The position numbers and the translations under genes were made by a program. Positions 39,782-52,435 of a stretch of DNA of 64,000 nt are shown here, in pieces (positions within the stretch are counted from its first letter, which is position 1; every line of letters begins with the position of its first letter). Below the pieces are notes generated by a model that ran no database searches, had not been told where the DNA came from, and was given only the letters and a program-made list of their open reading frames with translations. Source of the DNA: Trichosphaerium sp. ATCC 40318 (lineage: Eukaryota; Protista; Tubulinea). Where the stretch lies: NCBI GenBank assembly GCA_038496445.1, contig JALMLS010000092.1, forward strand, positions 1 to 64,000. Direction: 5' to 3'.

Positions 39782-42700
39782 ATGAGTGATGATGTTGCGA
39801 TTTCTGTGACGCTTGTCCAGACCAAAAACCACAAAGTAATTGATCTACCGAGTGGTAGTACAATCATTGGTCGACTTATCCAGGCGAAACCGCCCACTAC
39901 AAATTTTGTAGGCCTTGATGACAAAAGGATTTCTAGAAAGCATGTACAGATAACAGTATCGCCTGAATCAGGCACTGTTACGATTTTAGCGGTATTTTTT
40001 GTTATAAACTCGTGTCAATGTATCCTTACGCGACTCTAGCTCGGTCAGAATGCAACCTTTGTCAAAAAGGAGAAAAAACAGCTCAGATTAAAAAAAAATA
40101 TCCCAATATCTCTGGAAGATGGTGATACCATCATGTTTCTTGAAGATGTGCGTGTATATCACCAGAAAGGCAATTTAGAACCGAAAACAAGCGTTGAAAA
40201 GTTGAAAAAAATTCAAGTTTGCATTGGAGGTACTCTAACGCCACTATTAGAAAAGCTTCACATTTAGCGTGAATATTGAAACAGGTGGAAGTTTTGATTT
40301 TGGAGAGGCTGAAGCGACACAGCTTGATAACTATGAAGACCTACAAGGTTCCGAAAGTGACCACGAGAGCCTACCGACGCCGCCTAAGAAAAAGAAGCGC
40401 AAGCTGGAAGCCACTGCACGTGCTTCAACCAACACTTTTTTTTGCTTAAAAGTGTTTGTAATTACAGTTTTTTTTGATATGCGTGGCGTGCACCTAACAT
40501 AACTGTTTAGAACAAGGAAGGTAACAAGAAAAAACGTCCTCGTCTTACTCGCTGTGCGTCCGATTTTGCACAAGGCGCATTGCTCATTGATGAGGCCGAG
40601 TTGGAGCATGTCAAAGCTATTGGTAAGGCGAACACAACAAATTAGTTGAACGAAAAGGCATTAGAATAACGTATTGACATAAATCATAGGGAATGGAAGC
40701 TGTGGTGCTGTGTACCTCTCTAAATGGAATGGCATACAAGTCGCTACCAAGGTGATATTCCGTTCGCTGTTAAAACCAAATGTTGTCGACGAATTCAAAG
40801 CAGAGGCAAAGATAATGAAGTACGTTCTTTGGTTACATCATTTTATACATGACGTTTGTGTGATTGTCTGATGGAGTTTAAAGACAATTGAGACATCCAA
40901 ACGTAGTCTTATTTCTTGGTATTGTGTACGAGAAAGCAACCTCCAAAGAAAGTGCAAAGATGAAAATTGGCACGTGACAAAAAAAACCAACCATTATCCA
41001 TCATTCATTTCTTGTTTTTTGGATTATCTATTATGAGGCGCTGACAAGACGTGTAGTTACCGAGTATATGCGTAGGGGAAATTTAAGACACGTACTAGAT
41101 GACAATGACGTTGAATTGCACTCTGAGTTGATTTTGCAAATAGCTTTGGATATTGCTGCTGGGATGAATTGTATGGACACAAAGAATTGTATTAATTTAT
41201 CTCACCACTTTGACATTTAGACTTACATACATTCAAACCACAAATCATACATCGAGATCTAAAGGTACTTACTTGCAATTTGTTCCCTTTTTTTTTGTAG
41301 AGACTCATTTATTGGTATAGAGCGCTAATTTACTAGTGGACAAGAACTTTCGTATAAAGGGTATGGCCACTTCCAATAAGTACTCATTGACAATGAACTT
41401 TTCGTACCTTTGCCTTTGAGTTGTAATGATGAGAACTCCACTCCAATCAAAAGGAATTGTAATTGACTTTCAATTCTAGTTGCCGATTTTGGGCTGGCAA
41501 AGATGATCAAAAAGGAACATGAGGATGATATAAACAATACTTGTTGTGGTACTACACCCTGGACAGGTACCATCAGTTTCTCCCAACATTACCATTCTGC
41601 ATTTCAAGTGTTCTTTTCGTGGTTCTAACATTGTCGATTTTAAGCTCCAGAGATTCACCTTAAGAAGGGATACACCTCTTCAGCAGATGTATATAGTTAT
41701 GGTATTGTTTTATGGGAGATAATAACACGAGCAGAACCGTTCAAAGGCATGACTCATGCTCAGAGTGCGTTGTTGATCGAAACAAAATGCTTTTTTTTTG
41801 TTTCATCTTATTTTTCAAACTAGTCATTCTCGGTGTTGCAAACAAGTCCCTTCGCCCTGTATTCCCTCCTGACTGTGACCAAAGAGTACGAATAGATCTC
41901 AAGTGATAATATGACTGATTGATATTAGTTCAAAGCACTTGGTGAGCGGTGTTGGTCAACAAACCCAAGGGCTAGGCCTACTTTTACGGATATTTTACAG
42001 AGGCTAAACAATAATAATTCGGAAAGCTCACCCTTCTCGACTCCAAACAAGGAGCTAGCGTATGGAGGACAAAAGTCTCAGAGCGAGATGGAATTTATAC
42101 AATTGAGCTCTGCTTTTGCCACAGACGCTACAAATACAGAGATAGAGGTCCGTCTAACTTAAATCCAAAGAGTGGTAGTTAACTTATATTCCAAAAGGTT
42201 ATATCTGAAAAAGCTCGTAGTCTTCCTGCAGGTGAAATAACGATTCTGGAGGATCTAGGTTTTGACCTGTACAAGGTACGTTTCAACACTACGCTTTCTT
42301 TGAGAGTGTTCCAAACAGATACATTAACAGTATTTGTTGAATAGGCTACATATAATCGAAAAGTGGTATCTATAAAAATCTTTAGAGAAAAAACAGATGA
42401 TGTAAGGGAGAGATTTGTAAAGGAAGCGGAGCTCCTCACGTGCGGTTTTTTTTTGTCCAAATTCAAAATTTATACTCGCTGACATTCCCGACTGTAGACA
42501 ACTCGCCAGTGAACACATTGTTAAATTTTATGGAGCACGCACAAAACCAGAGTTTTGTATCGTAATGGAACACTTTGCGAATGGATCTCTTTATACTGTC
42601 ATGAATAAAACTGGCATGAAGTTTGATTGGGCTGTTGTCATTGCATTTGCGACTGAAAGCGTGAGGTAAGTTATATATTTGTACTCTTAATATGCATTGG

Positions 42701-43545
42701 AAACTGGATTGCTTACAAAAATATGAAAAAGGGCTATGCAATTGCTTCATTCTCAAACACCTCAAATAGTACATGGTGCTATTACGAGCTCTTGTTTGAT
42801 GGTTGCAGATGACTTTAAAATTAAACTTTCCGATTTTTCACAAGCCACTACTTTCCCTCCAAAGGCAGAAGATGGATATAAGGGTAATTCAAATGGTACC
42901 AGCCTTTACTCTGCGCCAGAGGTGTTTAATGGTGAACGTGCGTACATCGCTTTGAGACTCGATTTTTGACGGTTATTTTACAGCCAAAACGACGAAGACC
43001 GATGTATATAGTTTCTCCATTGTCTGTACGTTTTCCACTTTTCTATAACTGTTTTATGCTCACTATACATTACAGTGTGGGAGTTGGTTTATCGTTGCTT
43101 GGAGGGCACATATGAAAAGCCATACTTGTCATGTACAAATGTAAAATTCCCAGTTCAAGTATCTGTTCAGGTCGCCAAAAAAGGTCTAAGGTAATTACCA
43201 TCTTTTTTTTGCAAGTCTAAAATTGTTTCGATTGAATCCCACTAATCACGTGATCAGCGATAATTATTTTTTGTATTTATAATTTAAATCTAGGCCCAAA
43301 CTTGTGTTCAACACTCCGCCACCAGTGGCAGACATATTAAAAAAGTGTACGTTTAAGACTGGTTGAAGAACTTTTTATTGAGCTGGTTTTTTAACGTTTA
43401 CTCAGGTTGGCATGCTGATCCAGCTGAACGACTTTCTTGCACTGATATTTTGCGTGGTATGCATAAGATTAAACAATTGTATTTAGAAGAAAAGCGAAAG
43501 AAGGCCAAGAAGATGTCTCAAAGCATTTCAAAGTCAAAAAAATAA
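39782..43545 (+). CDS. FHA domain, TKL kinase and a second degenerate kinase domain
   Basis: FHA: IIGR...DKRISRKH...LGQN. Kinase 1: GNGSCGAV, VATK, HRDLK, DFG, APE. Kinase 2: HGAITSSCL, DFS, APE. Confidence 0.9.
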
Positions 43546-43802
43546 AAAAAACAAAACCATCCAAGTCCTCTATGCTTTGTTGATACTTATTTCAAGCTGG
43601 TCTGGGAAACTTAGTAAGAATCATGAAGGTTACTGCTTGGATCAAAAGTCAAATTCCTTTAGCCAAATTGACAATCAACAACTCAGTTCACAAGTTGACG
43701 TTTTGGAATTGTGACGACTCTTTTTTTTTTCACCGAGACATTCTTCAAAACAAAGTTGACTTGCACCTAAATAAAGGCTCAGAATCAACAAGTTAGCTAT
43801 AC

Positions 43803-46353
43803 ATGAGCAGTGAGAAGGAAGCGGGCGATAGCGACCGGCCTGTAATTCGTAAATTAGCTACTAGACGTGTATGATATGGCCTTTAGCTTCTCTAATGTTC
43901 CTAATCATGCCTTTAATTAGATAAATACAACTGTAAAGCTTTCTTCGAGCCAAAGAGTTAAATCAACGTTGAATGTCCTATGGAACATAGAATACTTCGA
44001 ATGTGATGAATACCACTTGTATGTTTACAGCAGTATGAAAGATCGGATTCAAAAAAAGCCTGCGAACAGGTTTATTGATCTAAAAAGGATAACAAACGTA
44101 TCAGTACGTTAAAGCAAGCCTCCTTAGGCCTATGAATGTATTTATAACTAAAACACCTTAGAAAGACGAACAACGGCTTCGTACGTCAATAATTCGATAA
44201 TAGAGCGCATTTCCGTTATTCAGATGCAAGTTAAACAATAATCTAACGTTTACCATTTTCAGAATTTACTGTGACGCTTGATAGTAGCGCAACGCAGACT
44301 GTATCATGCGAAACAAAGGAAAAGATGACAGAATGGTTGCAATACATCTCAGACGCAACATCAACAACCAAAACAACTAAGGTACCGCGTCACGTTAAAA
44401 CCATTGCAAAAAAGGAGCGAAAAGCTCAGCCAAAAAAAACAACTATTTGTAATTTTTATCCAAAAAGAAGTGAGGCCGTTTAGCAACTTGGTTGCTTGCT
44501 CCTATATTTATCATTTTTATCTCATTTTGATTATAGAAGCATAAAGTTAGCGTCTACTTTGCGGATAACGATAAGATTTCATTTAGATTAGACAAAGAAA
44601 CTACAACAGCTGAGGACGTACGTATTTTAGTCTTTTTAGCAAAACGTGTTTTGAAACGTTTTTTTTTTGTATGCATTGGTACCATTTTTGTACATTCATC
44701 GGAGTGTCTTCAATTACAATACGCGTGTAAAGACGTGTTTCTAAGGCACCCACATAAGGTGTATTGTATACAATTCCCTCGGAGATGTGGTAGCTGTCAA
44801 ATACGCAACTTTAGATTTTTCTCTGTATTTGTTTCTGTTTCTCCTGACTTTGGTTTTTCTAGCTTTGGTGGAAAACTTGTGAGCATTTACAATTACCTGA
44901 ACTCACTCGTGGATGCTTCTTTATTTGGGCAACAGGTACACAAACCCAAAAAAACCCTGCAGTACACTCATTCGCTGATATATCGTGTAAGGTGGTGAGG
45001 TGGAGGTGCTTTGTTGCAATGATGATCTCATTGTTGACTTGGAAACAAACTGGCCTCAGATGGAAGTGATGTACTCCCAAGGTGGGAAGGCTTCAGGTTC
45101 ATGCCGTTTCGTATTTAAGACGTCGGCTACATTACCGCTTACTACTGAACGGAGTGTAAAGAACAAAAAGGCGATTTCTCTTTTTTATGAAGAAGTAAGT
45201 TAAAAAAAGCAATGATACAAACACAACTACTTTGTTTTTTTTTTCTTTCGTCAGGACTCACTGTATTAAAGGCATGGTATTACCTTCTCAATAATTTCTA
45301 TGTTGTCGATAGAGAGTTGGCTATTGAATTAGCTGGAATACAATTGGTGATTGACTCTGGGCCATACAATCAAAAAAAACACACTCGAGGCTACATTAGG
45401 TGATTCTTTTTTTTTCCTTCCTTTTAACTGGTAAGCTTACCGTTAACAATTATTTTATATAGTGCCCACGTGGATAAATTGGTTCCCTTCGATCTATTGC
45501 AAAAGTACAAGAATGTTACAGCTGCCCAGTGGGAATCAAAGATAGCAAAACAACACAAAAAGTTTAGCTCTAATAGTCCGTTGGTTGCACACTTACTGTA
45601 CTTGCAACGCTTGCGCCAGTTACCATACTATGGTTCTACATTTTTCCGATGTAAGAGTATCACAACTGATTTATTACAATCAAGTAAGAACTGTTCACAT
45701 CACGTGACACGTTGATTTTGATTGAGAAAAAATTAAGCTGAAATATTTTGATTTTAGGTTTCTTTACAAAGACAAATGACGGTGAGGTCATTCTTGCGAT
45801 CAACATGGCTGGCATACATTTTGTGTACCCTAACAAATCTGTACGTTAAATTGAAACCTTATAAAAACTCACAAATCACGTGTTAGCGGCATACCAAGAC
45901 GTTTTTGTTTACTAGCATTTTAAGATGGGATATATCAGATGGTAAGTCATTTGTTTTTATTGCCACTCTTTTGCGATTTACCTTCAGTTCCCCTCCCTTA
46001 CTTCAATTCAGAGGAAGGACTATTTTGGTTTGAAACAAGTAATGAAGACAGACCTAAAGATCCTACTAGAGAGTACACTCTCCGTACTTTCCAGGTATAA
46101 CTTTGTTTTAATTACTGTTTTTGTTGAATCATAATTGTTCTTGTTTGTAATGTTTTTTTAGGTTACGTTGATTGATGATTTGATTAATGACATTGTATAT
46201 GATTTGAAAATGCAAAAGAAAATATTGCGTATTATTAAACGGGAACAAGGCAAAGGACACTTTTTATCAAAGAAACAAGAACAACCAGAACTTGCACGTG
46301 AACGTGCTAATAAAGCATCCAAAAAGAAGAACAAAGGAAAAAAAAGTAACTAA
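43803..46353 (+). CDS. PH plus FERM domain protein
   Basis: PH helix CETKEKMTEWLQYI. FERM motifs LFYEEAWYYLLNNFY...LAGIQLVIDSG, YLQRLRQLPYYGSTFF, VILAINMAGI. Confidence 0.88.
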
Positions 46354-46512
46354 CAAAAAACCCACCTCAGTGTATGCCTACCAAAGCCCCTCCTTTAGAA
46401 TGTATCTTTGTAATATTGTACTTTGATGAAATCCTGCTAGACAATAATAATAAACTTGTAAATACTGTCTGTAGATCATGTACAACGTCTTTTATAAAGT
46501 AAACATGGAATG

Positions 46513-47491
46513 TTACATTACCACACACTTTTTCTTATCCTGGTTCTCGAACAGTCCGTCATTGGCCAGTGCCGTTATTATTGCTTCACCAAACACTGCA
46601 ATAATGTTAAACAATGGTTTAAGCACTTATTTGTATAAGACTTACGTGATGAGACAGCCTTTCCTGCAAGGGCACTACATTCCACATATGAATGAGCCTA
46701 ATGATGCATTAGTGTGTTCTGGTAAGCTTGAGCAACATACACCCATCCTTATTGCCATTTGCTGGGCTTCTTCTTCTGTAACACACTCACATGATTTTGT
46801 TCTCAGATCCATTTTAAGACCTGCAAGAACCATAGGTACATCAGAAAAATGCCTGTGTACATCATATTTCCACTACACTTATACGTAAACAACCAGCAAT
46901 CAAATGATAAACTGTTTTTGGCTGTTTGAGTACCTTGTTAGCAACATTTTTAAAAGTTGCTTTATCAGCAATACTAAAACAAACAAGAAAAACATCTGTG
47001 CCCTTCGATCACGTGTGAGACCAAAAAGAGTGTTGAATTGTATACAATAGAACTCACAGGATAGCACAGTTGCCTAGTGTCATTACTCTTTGCAGCTGTA
47101 TCCCATAGCTCTATGTAGTGAAAGTAAATATTCGAATACAACAGTAGCTAGCCACTACAGCGAACCTATAAGTATTTGCTTGCCAAAAACGTCAATTGTT
47201 GCGCTGTGTAATTATGTGAATGTTGTTTTTCTCTTAGGGAAAAAACCAACCAGTGAGGGTTAAATCTCCCTGGTGTTGTACCTATAATTATCTAGCACTC
47301 TTGGTACTAATTATTAACTATTAGAGCTGTAACTTGGTTAGTAGGGCGTATTGTACTCAGTTGGAAAACTAGAGGTTTTATAGCGCATATCTAAGCATGT
47401 TTTGCCTAATTCAATAACGTCAAAAATAATGTTGTTGAAATACAATACCAACACTCTCATCTCCAACAACCACAATCTTAATACGATACAT
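46513..47491 (-). CDS. Atypical Rho/Rac-family small GTPase with CAAX
   Basis: IKIVVVGDESVGKTCL, LWDTAAK, CYPGTDVFLVCFSI, LAGLKMDLR, YVECSAL, KKKCVVM*. Confidence 0.9.
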
Positions 47492-47671
47492 ACCATATTG
47501 ACCAGGTGTCCACATGAATTAAACCTGATTGTGAAATGTTTCAGCCTTAAGCAGGTTTAAGTTCACCTTTCCGAAAGTTGTTTCTTTTTTTTTTTTTGAG
47601 TCAGCGCTCTTTCGTAGGAATGAATAGTTATAGGCTACTAATTGTTGTGAAATAAAGTACTGAACAGTTGT

Positions 47672-50289
47672 CTCAGTTGGCACCATAATTAGTGATGGCA
47701 TTGTTTTCAACACAACTGTTTTTGACATCTGATTTATATTTATTTATTTATGCACTGCTGTACCTTTGCATTAGCATTGCGCTGTGATCGATAGTTCCTG
47801 AATGGTAACACTGCAACTCTTAATCGTTTGATTGAAAATACAAGTACTATAGCTACGATAGCAAGTACTACAACAGCAGCAACAATGCCAATGATGATAA
47901 ACAGCATACTCTTTGAGTCACACTTTGATTTGTTAACATTAAAAGTAGCTGCAAATGTCCCTGAAAAAAATCGTCAGAACAATACAAGTGGTATGTGTGA
48001 TTGTGTAGCACATACCCATATTTCGAGTTTGATTTGCAGTGACTTCTTCACATTCATTATTTTCTGTTTGAGCTGTAATACTTGAAAATGAGCCACTCAC
48101 ACAATCATTTGTGACATTGTATGTGAACAATGTACGACTATTTCCTGTGTTGACAGCATTATCGACCTTGATAATGGCATTTCCATCCAAGAGCACACAG
48201 CCTAAAATATGATATTAGAAGATATCTTGATGGTTTAGCATCAACGTACTTGTTGCGTGAACAACGGCATTGTCAAATACGATTGTGCTTGTAGGCAGCA
48301 TAGTTAGATTATAAAATTGTACTTGACCTTCAAACACCACTGTCTCTCCAACATCTATAACAAGAGTCTCTCCTGTCGGTTGCGTCCATACACCTGTAGC
48401 TGTATTGCATGTAAATCTAGGTGTAGGTGCATTACCAATACAAGTTTGTGTGCTTGTAGATGTTGGTTGCAATGGAAGTGTAGGTGCGAAAGTTGCAGTT
48501 TTGTTTGGACTTATTGGAAATGATGTAGGGCTTGTTGGAGATAATGGAGGTATGGACGTTGGCGCTGTAGTAGGTACATACGTTGGAGCTATGGTGGGTA
48601 TGATATCGGTTCCATTTCTCTATATAAGTTAGTACATAGGAGAGGAAGAAAAAGGTAAAGTACAAATTGATATGCTCCAACATCAATGGCACTAGCGTTT
48701 CTTATTCTACCACCTAATCATTTGTTATGAGTAATCAAAACTTGTCACTGATTGCATACGTAAATCATACCGAGGGACATCAGTATCAGCCCCTATAAAA
48801 CAAATCAGTACATAGTATTAAAACGATATTTACCTTGAAACAAAAAGACAGGTTGAGATGTATTTGTCAAGTCATAGTTGCCAAAAGTCATGTTGGCAAA
48901 AACATCGACATTATTTAGAAACAAGAATGAAGGTTGAATAGTAGACTTATTAATACTCTCATACTCAGAAGCATTCTTGACCAGTAGAATATTCTTCCAT
49001 GTGTCTATTGTTGATGTAGTGACCAAATCAACAATACCTAATCCAACAGTGACTGACTCTAATGTGGATTCACAGCCCTCTACTACTGTTACAAAGGTTA
49101 GCGCTTCTTTGATTAACAAAAAAGGAGTTGACGGGTGGTACTTGTTAGTGCGTTAGTCACTACACTGTTGTATACTTCCAGTCCATCATTGGAGTAACAT
49201 CTGAATTGCCGTCAGGTTCCCAAATAAGTAGCAAAGATTACCTGAAGACAGTTTCTTTAGTGGCGTTGGTAGCTTTGAAAAGAGACCTATCTTTAATCGA
49301 CTTGTTAGTAATCAAAGTATTTAAAAGCAAAAAACCAGTGTACCTATTGTTACATTCGCTTGTAGTAGACCAAAGACAACTAAAGAAAGCACTTTGTAAA
49401 TATTACCAATAGAAAAATGGTTCTAAGCTTACTTCGACCTTCACCATTTATGCTTAAAGATGTAGCAAAAACTGAGCTTTGTTGCACAAAGAATACTGAG
49501 TCCTAAGAGAAGAGTGAGGTGTACTACAAGTAACAACTGTACATACTGCATAAGACAATGCACCACCTTCATTGATTGATACTGTAGACGCAAAAACATA
49601 AATGCTTGTTCGATTGTGTGGAGGACTTACATCTGTCACTTTCATTTGGTTGAGGGATACTGTAGCTATTGTTTTCAACAATGTTAGTTGATTCAAATTG
49701 CGATTCAAAGGAAAGACGCACATGCAGTAATTCTGAAAGGTATCTCGCTTGAGCCGTTTGCTGCAAGCCGAAATGAGTCAAACACAATACCCGTGCACTC
49801 AGTTATTTCAATGGACTCATACATCCCTCCATTGACAGTAATATTGTCACAATTTAAAATTATGAGATCCAACGCGCTACCCTACAACTTGGTTTAGAAA
49901 AACAACAAAAAAGTGTTCTAACAAATAAGCACGTGACTCTTTTTCGCACTTTTTTCTAGTGCTGGGCTACGTACTTTTACGTTTAATATTATATCATCTA
50001 CTGTGTTTAAAGTGATGTTAATGCTGCTTGTGACATTTATACAGTCAACAGTAGCATTTTCCTAAAGTCGTAAAGTTACTATTTTTAATACTAAAAGAAT
50101 AGTAGCCTTTTTGGGCTTGGTTTTTGCTTTCGTTTGGCATACCAGTGCAACTGTTATGTTGCTAAACTCCACTGAAGGTACTTTTACACAAACTCCGACA
50201 GAATAGTTCACAAATATCGTCAAAGTAATCAATACGCATGGAAATACAGCGCTTAAGAGCGTCCAAGGTAGTTTAGGTTGTTTTGCCAT
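47672..50289 (-). CDS. Type-I membrane glycoprotein, paralogue 1 (3' end approximate)
   Basis: Hydrophobic leader, NxS/T-rich ectodomain, Pro/Thr stalk, TM segment MLFIIGIVAAVVVLAIVAIVLVF, then KRLR. Confidence 0.8.
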
Positions 50290-50627
50290 CAATTTATATC
50301 AAAACCGCTTAAACTGAGTTTTGTAGTTGCAATGTCACTATACGGAAGTTTTGAGTGCGTATTGTTCTGTTTTTGAGCGTTAATCTAAGTCCTAATCAGT
50401 CAGTTTCCGACTTTCAACATGGAACATTGTTGGGTCAAAGAGCAACTCTATGTATGCTTGTATCTTATACTATAAACTGTGCAGATGGCATTGTAGAGAT
50501 TCTAGTGCCTCAAAATTACTTTAATTTCACAGATTGCCTTTCGGCGCACCATCAGAGGATGGTTTTAGGTAAGTACTAGAATGCGTCTCTATCAACACAA
50601 CCATAATAAAGTTCAAACACATTTATC

Positions 50628-51158
50628 GGGGCAGCATCGCTTTTGAGACAGTTTCAGAAATTCCGAAATTGTTGAAAAAGTTTGTTTTGAAAAAAATTGC
50701 TTTGACTGTCGGTACTTTTCCTCCGCACAGCACCAACGAATCGCAAAATGGTTTTTAAACCTATAAGTATAGGATTTGACACGAAATAACATTATTTTGT
50801 TTTAGCGTTAAGCCTGATTTTTCGGGAGTGGTTGTGAGCATAGGTAGCCTTGTGCAACTATGCAAGCTATAACATTAGTATACCCTTATGGAGTACTTCA
50901 AATGAGCATAAAAGCAGAAAGTCACGTGCGTGCTACAAATCAGAGTGGCCTTTTAAAAAGTAGGCTTAGCGCTAAAATAAAATAGTGTTATTTCAAGTCA
51001 AATCCTATAGAATACTAGTTAAATGTTCATAATAACAATTTTTGGTTAAGACGGTTCTGAGGTGAGTAAAAACGTCTCAAAGATTCTCGAAATGCCGTAA
51101 ATATCAAAAATCAAAAATGTCGTAATTTTCGAAACTGTCTCAAAAGCGATGCTGCCCC
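50628..51158. mobile_element. MITE, 531 bp, with perfect 28-bp TIRs and 3-bp TSD (PIF/Harbinger-like)
   Basis: ATC|GGGGCAGCATCGCTTTTGAGACAGTTTC ... GAAACTGTCTCAAAAGCGATGCTGCCCC|ATC. Confidence 0.92.
50770..51007. mobile_element. Nested MITE or internal inverted repeat with ~46-bp arms, flanked by TA
   Basis: TA|TAGGATTTGACACGAAATAACATTATTTTGTTTTAGCGTTAAGCCT versus the reverse complement of the right end, TAGGATTTGACTTGAAATAACACTATTTTATTTTAGCGCTAAGCCT. Confidence 0.75.
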
Positions 51159-51211
51159 ATCAACGATGATTTTATTCATACATTCTTACATTCAACAGTA
51201 CGTTATTTCGA

Positions 51212-51607
51212 CTAATACCCGTATGTAACTGAAACAGCACAATCTACAGGATTAGTACTTCTACATATCTGGTGTGTATAAGAGCCTCCAAATGATTGGT
51301 CATAACGTCTTTGTTTACGCCAAACTTTCCATTGAGATCTGTCAACAAAGCTGAAGGAACGAAGTCTTCCTGACCACTCATACCTACGAGGTAAATACAC
51401 TTGCAAATATTTACGCTCTGTTGTGCGCATTCTTTGTGTATAAATGCACTCAGTATCATAAGTATCACTGTAAGCCTCTACTCCAGCAAATGCTTTTCCT
51501 TTGTATGTTTTTGCACATACAGCAACTACTCTGTCTGTTCTATCACGGTATGCTGCAATTACAGTCAAAGAAACAACAAGAAGAATTGCGTAGAGAGATG
51601 TTGCCAT
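51212..51607 (-). CDS. Small secreted protein, possible beta/gamma-crystallin fold (intronless)
   Basis: Signal peptide, then CAKTYKGKAFAG, WSGRLRSF and YDQSFGG, resembling YxxxxFxG Greek-key motifs. Confidence 0.6.
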   Translation of the reverse strand: MATSLYAILLVVSLTVIAAYRDRTDRVVAVCAKTYKGKAFAGVEAYSDTYDTECIYTQRMRTTERKYLQVYLPRRYEWSGRLRSFSFVDRSQWKVWRKQRRYDQSFGGSYTHQICRSTNPVDCAVSVTYGY

Positions 51608-51833
51608 GCTTGTTTATGGTTTACTGATATGGTAAATAAAAGTACATTTTTGTTCTTCATTTGCCAAATTAGGAACACTGTTGTTAAGCTTCCATTAGTT
51701 GAATAGTTACATAATGTAAAGAGAATGCACAATAAGGTTTACGGTTCTATTGTGTGGACGTTATCCCAAGTGATATCGAACAAAGGGTGGTCTTAGCCTT
51801 GCTTCAACACTGCCAAAAAACACTAATTCCGTA

Positions 51834-52083
51834 CGGACCCACGTTTTTCGAAAGAAAAAATTCGAAAAAATAGAATTCGATACAAAAACCGAATGCCTAT
51901 ACCCACCAATGGATCACTATATGTGAGCGAAGGTCGGGTTCTAGTTCCGAGCACAGCGAGGACCCGACCGTAAGTGAATCAGGCGCTTTCTAGTTTAGTG
52001 GACTGCCCTAGCTATGCATCTTTCTACGAATTCTATTTTTTCGAATTTTTGTTTTCGGAAAATTCGGAAAAAACTATGGCCCC
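51834..52083. mobile_element. MITE, 250 bp, with 8-bp TSD ATTCCGTA and imperfect long inverted repeats
   Basis: ATTCCGTA at 51826-51833 and 52084-52091. AAAAATTCGAAAAAATAGAATTCG is mirrored by CGAATTCTATTTTTTCGAATTTTT. Confidence 0.8.
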
Positions 52084-52435
52084 ATTCCGTATCTTTCAAA
52101 TTTCCTAGCAAATCACGCACATAGGAGGAATATGAATCTTGTTACAGTAAACCGCTTCCCAAAACTTAGGGTTCTCTTCTGCACGCAACAATTTTTTTGG
52201 GTTTTCAACACTAATTGACACGATCAACGTAACATAAAATACTAAGTCACATTTTCAAAAGAGCTACCAGAAGGTATTTGTTTTCTCTTAGAACGTAGTT
52301 GATCGTACGGATATGCATTAAAAGAACGCTATTGCACAAGTAATCATACAACAGAATAGTATCTACTTTAGAAACCAACTATTCATGTGACAAGTCAATA
52401 AAAATGAACAAAAAAAATCAAGTTTGTACAAGAAA

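Noticed and set aside
41362-41478. ATGATGA C-box in a kinase intron
   Set aside because: There is no downstream CTGA D box or terminal stem within the intron.
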